Of a stretch of 33,574 nucleotides of DNA, positions 1-8,500 are shown in pieces (position 1 is the first letter of the stretch; each line of letters starts with the position of its first letter). Both the position numbers and the translations under genes were made by a program. The stretch is from Candidatus Heimdallarchaeota archaeon. Lineage in GTDB: Archaea; Asgardarchaeota; Heimdallarchaeia; Heimdallarchaeales; Heimdallarchaeaceae. The notes under the pieces are model-generated. The model made no database searches. It saw nothing but the letters and a program-made list of their open reading frames with translations, and was not told the origin of the DNA. The stretch lies in assembly GCA_030668825.1 (NCBI GenBank), contig DAOVET010000023.1:1-33574 (forward strand), given 5' to 3'.

Positions 1-1
1 T

Positions 2-2221
2 GTTCTCTATGTTGGTACAAATACACTTGTTCAAAAAACTGCTAATCCTAATTGGGGTCTCCTGAGATATGGTATGCAGCATAGAAACATTGCTTACCGA
101 ATCTCCCATCTTGGCTATGTTCCTCCAATTCTTCCTGAATCTCAGCAAAACAGATGTAGAAACTGTTTTGTGAAACACTATTGTGCTTTAGTTTGTGCAG
201 GCTTGAATCAAGAACGTGGCTGCTCAACATGTCCCCACGAGCAGCTCTGTACAAAAAAATCTCTTCCTGATACTCACCTCGGGTATTTTAACAAATTCTC
301 GAAACTAATTAGATTTGACAAAAGTGAATCAGCAAGAAATCTTTCTGATTTGTGGAAACTTTCAATTGATCAACGCGTTGCTAAAGGAAAAGCAGTTACT
401 GATTTATCTTTGGAAAATGAAATAAAAGAAGGTAGTACAACTAGATTATTATATTCTTGTAAGAATAACAGTGAGCTTCGTGAAGGTGATATTGTTATTT
501 TAAGCAAAGGACGAATCAAACAAGGTTTTGTAAGTACTGGTGTGATTTCAGGCATCTCAAATACATCGATAGAAATTGAAACCAGAGCAATTCAAGAATC
601 AGTTTCAACAATTGATATGTACTCAATAGACGTTGGTTTTAGAAGACAACAAAGAGGTTTGTTTAATCTTCTTTTCAAAAGAAATCCTTTCCGTGAATTA
701 GTTATTCAAGCTAATAAATCTGAAACCGAACCTATAAAAGGAAAATATATTCCTAGTAATCCAACACAAAATGAAGCTGTTGAAAAGATTCTTGGAACAA
801 AGAATTATTCTCTTATTCAAGGTCCTGCAGGAACAGGAAAAACTTATGTTATAGCAAAATCAGCTATTGAGTTAGCTAAACAAGGACAAACAATTCTGAT
901 TACAGCATTTACCAATAGAGCTGTAGATAATGTTTGCAAATATCTACTAAAAAATGATTTTCATAATTTTATCAGAATTGGTTCTTCTCATTCGATTCAA
1001 AAAGATATTAGAAATTACACTATAGATTTTTACAAAAAGCAAAATCCTGAGAAATCTACTAAAGGAATTTTAAGAGAGTATTCAATTATTGTAGCGACCA
1101 CCACTACTATATCTAATCCAGTTTATGAAAAATTAGGAATCCAAACAATTATCATTGATGAAGCGAGTCAGATGACTGAACCAACGGTTTTATCTTCTTT
1201 GCTTGAAGGAAATAGGTTCATTTTGGTGGGTGATCATAAACAACTTCCTCCTGTGGTTCAAAGTCTTCAAGCTCAAAAGGAAAATATGGGTATTTCCTTA
1301 TTTGAACGTTTAGCAGAGAGAAATCCTGCTTCTATACATCTTCTAACTCACCAGTTTAGAATGAATGAAAAGCTTATTGATTTTTCTAATGATCGATTTT
1401 ATGATAATAAACTCAAATCATTTGATGATCTTGTTAGATATCAGAATCTTCTGGAGTTACCTAACTACAAAGGTGATTATTCTAAATTTAGTTGTCCCGA
1501 AATATATGATCCAAAACACCCCCTAATTTTCATCCCAGTTAATGGTATTTTCGATCACCAGAAAAAGTATAATGTTGAAGAAGCTAAGGTAGTAAGTGAA
1601 ATAATTACTAATTTCTTAGATCTTGGGTTAACAACAGATCAACTAGGAGTAATCTGTCCTTACCGAGGGCAAGTAGCGGAAATCAGAAGAAATCTCTCTC
1701 CAACTATAACCGTTGATACTGTTGATCGTTTTCAGGGGAGTGATCGTGAATTAATTGTTCTTTCTTTAACCGAAACCACTACAAAGAGTAAGAGAGGTTT
1801 TGCTGATGCTAGGCGATTAAATGTTGCAGCCACAAGGGCAAAGAAAAAACTGATTGTTGTTGGCGATCCTTTAATAGATAAAGCAATACTTGGAGATTTT
1901 GTTGGTTATTTAACAAAAAATGCAACAGTAAGTGAAGTCACTCCAAGGAAAATGGAGAAAGTAAAAATTACAGCAGAAACAATAATTGTTGCAGAGAATC
2001 TATCTAAAATAGCTAAATTCTTCAAGAAAGTAGTAATAAAAGGAAAACAACTAGCTGAGTTAAAAGAGCAAAAATGTATGGTGTGCTTTCAACCTGTTTA
2101 TGAAAACGCTATCGAGTGTCCATTTTGTGAGCATCTGTTTCACATAAAACATCTCGTTGATTGGATAAAAGAAAACGAGAGATGCCCATACTGCAAAACT
2201 ACTTTAAGGATTTATAACTAG
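2..2221 (+). CDS. Dna2-like nuclease/SF1B helicase with C-terminal RING finger (5'-truncated by window edge)
   Basis: Frame is open from base 2 (VLYVGTNTLVQKTANPNWGLLRYGMQHRN), so ATG 74 is internal. Dna2-type Fe-S motif CRNCFVKHYC. SF1B motifs GPAGTGKT, DEASQ, VGDHKQLPP, SLFERL, TVDRFQGSD, RRLNVAATRAK. C-terminal CMVC...CPFCEHLFHIKHLVDW...CPYC. Confidence 0.85.
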   Translation, partial: VLYVGTNTLVQKTANPNWGLLRYGMQHRNIAYRISHLGYVPPILPESQQNRCRNCFVKHYCALVCAGLNQERGCSTCPHEQLCTKKSLPDTHLGYFNKFSKLIRFDKSESARNLSDLWKLSIDQRVAKGKAVTDLSLENEIKEGSTTRLLYSCKNNSELREGDIVILSKGRIKQGFVSTGVISGISNTSIEIETRAIQESVSTIDMYSIDVGFRRQQRGLFNLLFKRNPFRELVIQANKSETEPIKGKYIPSNPTQNEAVEKILGTKNYSLIQGPAGTGKTYVIAKSAIELAKQGQTILITAFTNRAVDNVCKYLLKNDFHNFIRIGSSHSIQKDIRNYTIDFYKKQNPEKSTKGILREYSIIVATTTTISNPVYEKLGIQTIIIDEASQMTEPTVLSSLLEGNRFILVGDHKQLPPVVQSLQAQKENMGISLFERLAERNPASIHLLTHQFRMNEKLIDFSNDRFYDNKLKSFDDLVRYQNLLELPNYKGDYSKFSCPEIYDPKHPLIFIPVNGIFDHQKKYNVEEAKVVSEIITNFLDLGLTTDQLGVICPYRGQVAEIRRNLSPTITVDTVDRFQGSDRELIVLSLTETTTKSKRGFADARRLNVAATRAKKKLIVVGDPLIDKAILGDFVGYLTKNATVSEVTPRKMEKVKITAETIIVAENLSKIAKFFKKVVIKGKQLAELKEQKCMVCFQPVYENAIECPFCEHLFHIKHLVDWIKENERCPYCKTTLRIYN

Positions 2222-2244
2222 AATCGCAATTAGAACCTCATCTG

Positions 2245-2283
2245 TTTTTTAAAATTAAAATAAAAAAAAGAAAAAGAAAAAAG
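2245..2283 (-). terminator. U-rich archaeal terminator tract between convergent genes
   Basis: Long A-rich run on + (oligo-U on the - transcript) right after the SBP stop, plus a T6 run on + after the helicase gene. Confidence 0.5.
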
Positions 2284-2292
2284 TTTAGAACT

Positions 2293-4086
2293 TTATTTTC
2301 TGTATCTTCTGAAGGCTAAAACTGATGCCAATCCTAAGAAGGATAGGAATACTAATCCGGCAATTCCAGTTGTGGTTGGTGTTGTAGGTGTTGTATATAC
2401 CTCAAAACCAGCATCTTCCATGTATTCGATTGCGAGATCAAGATCATATGAGTATGGTTCTAGTGTTGGATCAAATGCTACTGATACAATAGGACATGAA
2501 GTTACACCAGGTGCACCAAGACCTTCTAGAATTTCTGCTACAATAACGTCACGTGGTACGGAGTGGCTGATTGCTTTACGGATTGCTTTAGCTGCTGCAG
2601 GAGTTCCTACAGGGGTTAACTCACCAGTTCCAAATACAGGATGTTTCAAGTTGATAGCCATTTCTTGATGAGATGGATCACTTACAAGAACACCTTCAAC
2701 ACCAGGTTCTGCGAAATCTGCTACAACTGGGTAGTATTGTGCATCCACAATATCTATAGTTCCTGCGATCAATTCTGCTACTGCTGTATCTTTACCAGAG
2801 ACGAAAGTCATATACCATGCATCTAACAGAGGAGCATCATAACCGGCTAGATCTGCATAATGTGTGTTTGGAACAAGCATTACAGTGCTAGTGACTGGAT
2901 CATATGTATTTAGAACGAATGGACCACAAGATAGGACTAGAGAATCTAAGACATCACCAGTTAATGGTACTTCGTTGAAGATGGAATAACCATATGTGCC
3001 TATTGCTGGTTCGACAACACTTTTGTCAACAATACCATAGGAGATTGTTCCTAAAGCAAACGCGTTTACGTCAGTCATGTTGAATTGAACTGTATCGGCA
3101 TCAACAGCGTATATTGAACTATTATCAGCAAACCAAGTATTGTAATAACTATATGATAGTGAGCCAACATCTGGAGTCAAGTGAAGTTGCATAGTATATA
3201 CGAAATCTTCAGCAAGAACAGTTTCACCACTGCTAAATTTAGCGTTAGGATCTAAATCAACTGTTATGTTCTTATTATCAGAGCTGAAAACTGGAAAATC
3301 TAATGCGATCATTGGTTCCCAGAGATTTGTAATTTGTGCTCTTGCATAGAGACTTCCATAAACTCCTTGCATCCATTGAGCATCATAGAATGATGATTGA
3401 GCGTATATGTTGTATTCTTTTAGATCTGCAGGAATAGCGTATTTAATTATATGGTCAGCTGGATCATCCCAGAATTCATATCTTGATGAACCTGCACCTA
3501 ATAGAAGTCCATCAATTCCAGTAAGTCCTTCTTTGAAACCAAAGAGTGACTTTGGATAGATAAGAACGACAGCTGGTAAGTCTTCATAGAGCATAGCTTG
3601 CATTTCTTTAGCATAACCAAGTTGAGTTGGTTGATCTAACTCTGTTAAATATTGAGTTAATTTGGCATCATATGCTGGATTCACGTATTGGTAGAAGTTA
3701 TCACCAAATGGTGGTAAACTTGGAGAGTCAAATAGACCTGTTGGATCCCAATCAAGACCCCAACTCCACCCAACAAAAAGGATATCATAACCACCTTCTG
3801 CATATGTTGGAATGTAATCAAAGTCAATTAATGGATATGCCCATGTACGGGGGGCAATGTTACCCCAACCAGTTGATTCATGGAAATCTATACCAATACC
3901 AATTTTTGGTAATTGGTTCTCCATCAATAATGACCATTGATTTCGAGCTGCGCTTGTATTGGGTGATAACAAGTTAATTGAAAAAACTTCTTGCAACTCA
4001 GTTTCCTGAGCTTGTGTTTGACCTATTGCCATGGATAATCCAAATAAGACAACAAGGCCTACACCCAAAATTGCTTTTTTGTTCAT
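2293..4086 (-). CDS. ABC transporter substrate-binding protein, family 5 (OppA/DppA-like), C-terminally anchored
   Basis: Signal peptide; AKFSSGETVLAEDFVYT, CGPFVL and IRKAISHSVPRDVIVAEIL motifs; Thr/Pro linker, TM helix and RRYRK tail. SD AGGTGA precedes ATG 4086. Confidence 0.85.
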   Translation of the reverse strand: MNKKAILGVGLVVLFGLSMAIGQTQAQETELQEVFSINLLSPNTSAARNQWSLLMENQLPKIGIGIDFHESTGWGNIAPRTWAYPLIDFDYIPTYAEGGYDILFVGWSWGLDWDPTGLFDSPSLPPFGDNFYQYVNPAYDAKLTQYLTELDQPTQLGYAKEMQAMLYEDLPAVVLIYPKSLFGFKEGLTGIDGLLLGAGSSRYEFWDDPADHIIKYAIPADLKEYNIYAQSSFYDAQWMQGVYGSLYARAQITNLWEPMIALDFPVFSSDNKNITVDLDPNAKFSSGETVLAEDFVYTMQLHLTPDVGSLSYSYYNTWFADNSSIYAVDADTVQFNMTDVNAFALGTISYGIVDKSVVEPAIGTYGYSIFNEVPLTGDVLDSLVLSCGPFVLNTYDPVTSTVMLVPNTHYADLAGYDAPLLDAWYMTFVSGKDTAVAELIAGTIDIVDAQYYPVVADFAEPGVEGVLVSDPSHQEMAINLKHPVFGTGELTPVGTPAAAKAIRKAISHSVPRDVIVAEILEGLGAPGVTSCPIVSVAFDPTLEPYSYDLDLAIEYMEDAGFEVYTTPTTPTTTGIAGLVFLSFLGLASVLAFRRYRK

Positions 4087-4297
4087 TGTTTTTTTCACCT
4101 TTTCAAAATTCCACTTTATACATTTAGCATGCTAGTGGAAGCAAGAAAAAGTTGCCTAACTTGTTAATAAAGTTTGTGGGTTTTCATTTTAATTATTCAT
4201 TTTGATTTCAGAGCCTTCATTCTAATTATTAAACTGGTTTTTTTTGCAAGTTGTCTTTTTGGTTCTAATTATTGGATTTAATTACCATGATTGGGTT

Positions 4298-4771
4298 CTA
4301 TTGGTTTAAAAGAATCGCTAACCTAAGAACTTGCCATAAAACAAGACCATACAATATTAGGAATCCTCCCCCAAAATAATATGTAAACGAATTAAATGTA
4401 GCTTCTCTGAAACTATCTTTGGAAATGGGATCTGAACCAACGAGTCTTTCTTTGAGGCTAGAAACTAGTGTTGACTGTCCAAAATTCCCCAAACACGCTC
4501 CAATAAAGATGACCAACCCTGCTTCTCCAAATATTATATACTGCATGAAAAATAGGATAAAAGCTATTTCAGTATCAAACCCAAAATAGAAGGCCAGTAT
4601 TAGAATTACATCAATAACAACAAAAACTACTGAAGAAAAAAATCCTAGTAAAACTATTCTTGCCCAGTTTATCTTAGGTTTTTGAGTTGATGAATCTTCT
4701 TCTTGTGTTTGATATTTTGGTTGTATATCATCTACTTCTTTTGCCTTCCAAGATTTTTCTTTCTTACTCAT
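4298..4771 (-). CDS. Hypothetical membrane protein (~3 TM)
   Basis: 157-aa ORF with three hydrophobic segments; ATGA overlap with the stop codon of the ABC ATPase. Confidence 0.75.
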   Translation of the reverse strand: MSKKEKSWKAKEVDDIQPKYQTQEEDSSTQKPKINWARIVLLGFFSSVVFVVIDVILILAFYFGFDTEIAFILFFMQYIIFGEAGLVIFIGACLGNFGQSTLVSSLKERLVGSDPISKDSFREATFNSFTYYFGGGFLILYGLVLWQVLRLAILLNQ

Positions 4772-5802
4772 TTCGTTCCCTTTTTATTAGTAATTGTAGA
4801 GCCACAAGAATTACAGAAGCGTTCACTATTTCCAACTAACTTTCCACACACTGAGCATGTAATAACATCTTGAATATTGTTTTTGTAAAGATTTGGGTCA
4901 AAGACAGGATTGAGGATTATTTTTCCTTCTTTTGTAGATGCAGTGAAATGGGTGGGATTATCTATACTCTGAAGAATTTCTCTGGGAAGAACTATTCTCT
5001 CTTGCCTATCTATTTCGAGTAAACGACTTTCATCAAGTTTTCTTAGTATTACTTCTCTTCCATGGCGACCTATAATTATCCCATCTTTTATTTCTAATAT
5101 TCTATCTGCTCTTGCAGCAACTTGTTGGGAGTGAGTTACAATGCAGAGCGCAACCCCTAATTCTTCATTTATACGATCAAATAAATCGAGAATACTTTCT
5201 GCAGTAACAATGTCTAAATCGCCTGTTGGTTCATCTCCGATCAATATCCTAGGATTAGTTATTAGAGTAGTTGCAATAGCAGCTCTCTTCTTCTCTCCTC
5301 CAGACAAGGTATCTTCTCTTTTATTCCTTTTGTCCCAAATGCCAAGAAATTGCAATAGAAATTCCGCTCGCTTTTTCACGATTCTGGGGGGGACCTTAGC
5401 ATAAAAACCTGCAAGTTCAATATTTTCCTTTACAGTTAAATGAGGAAGTAATCGACTATCTTGAAAAACTACACCAGCAAAAGCCCTTCTGGCTTTAATT
5501 ATCTCCTCTAAGCTTGATCTAGTAATATCTTTAGAAAGATCCTTCCAAAAAACTTTGCCAGAAGTGGGTTTAGTAATTCCAGCAACTATGCTCACTAGTG
5601 TTGTTTTACCGCTTCCACTAGCACCAATAAGAAAGAGTTTTTCTTTGGAATGAACTTTAAAAGATACACCTCTAAGAGCTTGAGTCTCGATTTTTCCAGT
5701 TTGGTAGATTTTAATGATATCCTCTGCAACTAAAAGAGGAATTCCATTTTCATCATTTTGTAGAGTCCCATCACCTCTGGATTTTCCTGCGTTTGTAGCC
5801 AT
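4768..5802 (-). CDS. LolD/MacB-type ABC ATPase with C-terminal AbrB-like segment and zinc ribbon
   Basis: GASGSGKT, LSGGE, GDEPTGDLD and VTHS motifs; then EIDRQERIVLPREIL (AbrB-like pattern) and CSVC...CNSC. Confidence 0.88.
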   Translation of the reverse strand: MATNAGKSRGDGTLQNDENGIPLLVAEDIIKIYQTGKIETQALRGVSFKVHSKEKLFLIGASGSGKTTLVSIVAGITKPTSGKVFWKDLSKDITRSSLEEIIKARRAFAGVVFQDSRLLPHLTVKENIELAGFYAKVPPRIVKKRAEFLLQFLGIWDKRNKREDTLSGGEKKRAAIATTLITNPRILIGDEPTGDLDIVTAESILDLFDRINEELGVALCIVTHSQQVAARADRILEIKDGIIIGRHGREVILRKLDESRLLEIDRQERIVLPREILQSIDNPTHFTASTKEGKIILNPVFDPNLYKNNIQDVITCSVCGKLVGNSERFCNSCGSTITNKKGTK

Positions 5803-5952
5803 TCTAAACAACCCATCCTAAACTTGCACACTAATAAAATTGTTCATGGGATTAAATTTTATTTGCTAATCAACAAGCTAAAAAGGTTAAAATCAAAGTT
5901 ACAGTTTTAAAATAAAGTAGAAGAAAAGTGCCAAATTTATTTGCACTTTTGT

Positions 5953-6921
5953 TTATTTTCCTTCAGTGATGACCTGTTCTAACTCAGGTTCTTGTCTTGA
6001 TTCAATGAATTTAACGATTCTTCTATATATGAAATTCTTATTCTTCCAAATATTATCAAAATTTCCAATAATCAAGAGAATCAAGTAGATTGCAAGGAAA
6101 GGTACTAGAAAGAGTAACCAAACTGTAAGAGTTATTGCTATTGGATGATACTGCCCTTCTCCTCCATGTTCTAAACCGTATATCAGAAATTGGTTGTTTC
6201 TCCGGTCAACAAATAATGAATAAAATAGTTTTTTGAATTCTAAAACTAGTTCTCCTGTCATTAATGCCATTTCAATACCTATTATTAAAGCGAAGATAAC
6301 GACTACCAACAAGAAAATTTTAGCTGATGGGATATGTTTTCTTTTCTTAACCATTTTAAACATAATGAAATTGTATGTACCAGAAACTATTGCTCCAAGA
6401 ATTAAGGGCATAATTACAAGCCATAGATAAGTTTTAGTAAATTTTGGCTTATCTGGATTTAAAATTTGAGATCCCCATATATCTTGAATACTGAAGTATC
6501 TACTTGGATCAAAAGCTTGTTCTGGAGAAGTTAAGAAAAATCCACTATCCGACAGCAGGAAAAGTGAAAAGCCTAATAAGAGAACAACAATGGGGGCAAA
6601 AAACCATACAAATACTGGTTTTGCAATCAATCTTAAAGCAGATTCTTGACCTATATTCAACCCATATGTTAGAAACACATCAATCCAATATGAAGGACCT
6701 TCCCAAAAACTACCTCCTCTGAAAGTATTTGTAAGTCCCATTATGAAAACGCTGATAAACCAAGTACTTATCACAAATATTCCAAAAGGTGAGTGGATCT
6801 TTTTCCAAATAGATTTAAGAGCTGCAAGAAACCAATCTTTCCAAACTTCCCCAAATGAACGGGGACTTAAATCTGTGGAGCTAATTTCACCATCTTCAGC
6901 TTCAATATTTTCCGTTGCCAT
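5953..6921 (-). CDS. Hypothetical polytopic membrane protein (~5 TM)
   Basis: 322-aa ORF with about five hydrophobic helices; no recognised motif. Confidence 0.75.
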   Translation of the reverse strand: MATENIEAEDGEISSTDLSPRSFGEVWKDWFLAALKSIWKKIHSPFGIFVISTWFISVFIMGLTNTFRGGSFWEGPSYWIDVFLTYGLNIGQESALRLIAKPVFVWFFAPIVVLLLGFSLFLLSDSGFFLTSPEQAFDPSRYFSIQDIWGSQILNPDKPKFTKTYLWLVIMPLILGAIVSGTYNFIMFKMVKKRKHIPSAKIFLLVVVIFALIIGIEMALMTGELVLEFKKLFYSLFVDRRNNQFLIYGLEHGGEGQYHPIAITLTVWLLFLVPFLAIYLILLIIGNFDNIWKNKNFIYRRIVKFIESRQEPELEQVITEGK

Positions 6922-7061
6922 TGCAATATCACTTTGTGTTTTACAATAGACATTTTAAACCTTTTCTCTTTATTTGTATTTTTACGTTTAAAAAAAAGAC
7001 TCAACCAAAATGCTTTAAGTGTATAAAAATTTGATGATTTTAGCGCTTAGGGGACTGTATA

Positions 7062-8495
7062 ATGAGCGAAGAACACACATTATCATTAACTAGTTGCGGA
7101 ATAGATGTTGGGACTACAACCTCACATCTAATTTTCTCTAAACTTAAGTTGGAGAAGATTTATACTCCACAAGGAGTAAAATTCGAAGTTACTGAAAGGG
7201 AGATTTTATTCAAGGGGAAAATTATTTTAACACCCTTGATGGATGGAGTGAATATCGATTATCTCAAACTGGTTGAATTCCTCAAAGAAGAGTATGAGCG
7301 AGCAAACGTCTCTATAGATGATATAGATACTGGGGCAGTAATCATAACTGGTGAGAGCGCGAAAAAGGAGAATGCTGAAGAATTAGTTAAATCACTAGCT
7401 CATAAAGCTGGGAAATTTGTGTGTGCTGCCGCAGGACCTAATTTTGAATCAGTAATTGCTGCTATGGGTTCAGGCGCAGTTTTGTATTCCAAAGAATCAA
7501 AGAAAACCGTCATGAATATTGATATCGGAGGAGGAACTTCTAATATTGCTATTGTCAAAGCAGGTGAGGTAGTTGAAGCTTCTTGTGTTAATGTAGGTGG
7601 AAGGTTGGTAGCTTTTGATGATGAGAATAAAATTGTTAGAATCGAAGCTCCTATTAGAAATCTAGAAGACAAGATGGGAATCAAATTTGATTATGTCTTA
7701 GAGGTTACTGATGAACAGAAAAGAGAAATGGCAAAAATATTAGCTGAAAGCCTTTTTGAAGTTCTAAATCAGAAAATAGAATCAAAAATAGCTGAAAAAC
7801 TGTTGATGACAAACCCCATAGATTTCACTGAAAACATAGATGAACTAGTCTTCTCTGGTGGAGTTGCAGAATATATCTACAATAAAACTGATCATGATTT
7901 TGGAGATTTAGGTAAATATCTAAGCGAAGAGATAGTAAAAATTGTTAATGCTCAAAAAATCCAACTTCATGAACCAATAGAACTTATTCGTGCAACTGTT
8001 ATAGGTGCGGGTCAATATACTCTTCAAGTTTCAGGTGTTACTACACACATCTCAGATCCAGAAATTCTTCCTATTCATAATATTCCTGTTCTCGAACCCA
8101 GACTAGATAATAAAAATATAACTGAAGAAAGCGTGAAAAAGGCTATTTTGAAAAGCTTCAATCTTTTCGATGTCAAGGAGGGTGAGGGCATTGTTGCCCT
8201 ATCATTTAAAGGAGCAATAGGTGGGTCTTATGCTGGATTAACCACTTTTGCTAAAGGTGTAGTTAGTGCTATCCCTAATACGATCAGAAAAAAACAACCA
8301 ATAATTATGATCTTTGATAGGGACATTGGAAATTCTGTTGGCAATGTGATGAAAAGAGAAACTGAAGCTAAAGAAAACATTATTTCTGTGGATGAAATTA
8401 ATGTTCAAGAGGGAGACTTCATTGATGTTGATAAACCTAAAGCTGGGGGACAAGTAGTTCCTATAGTTGTGAAGTCATTAGTTTTTTCAAATTAG
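7062..8495 (+). CDS. eutA: Ethanolamine ammonia-lyase reactivating factor EutA family
   Basis: GIDVGTTTSHLIFS, GAVIITGESAKKENA, AAAGPNFESVIAAMGSGA, DIGGGTSN, IRATVIGAG and VVPIVVKSLVF match EutA motifs along the whole length. Confidence 0.9.
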   Translation: MSEEHTLSLTSCGIDVGTTTSHLIFSKLKLEKIYTPQGVKFEVTEREILFKGKIILTPLMDGVNIDYLKLVEFLKEEYERANVSIDDIDTGAVIITGESAKKENAEELVKSLAHKAGKFVCAAAGPNFESVIAAMGSGAVLYSKESKKTVMNIDIGGGTSNIAIVKAGEVVEASCVNVGGRLVAFDDENKIVRIEAPIRNLEDKMGIKFDYVLEVTDEQKREMAKILAESLFEVLNQKIESKIAEKLLMTNPIDFTENIDELVFSGGVAEYIYNKTDHDFGDLGKYLSEEIVKIVNAQKIQLHEPIELIRATVIGAGQYTLQVSGVTTHISDPEILPIHNIPVLEPRLDNKNITEESVKKAILKSFNLFDVKEGEGIVALSFKGAIGGSYAGLTTFAKGVVSAIPNTIRKKQPIIMIFDRDIGNSVGNVMKRETEAKENIISVDEINVQEGDFIDVDKPKAGGQVVPIVVKSLVFSN

Positions 8496-8500
8496 AATCG

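Noticed and set aside
1-250. Cas4 / CRISPR association
   Set aside because: The Cys motif is shared with Dna2 and is fused to an SF1B helicase; no repeats or cas genes are in the window.
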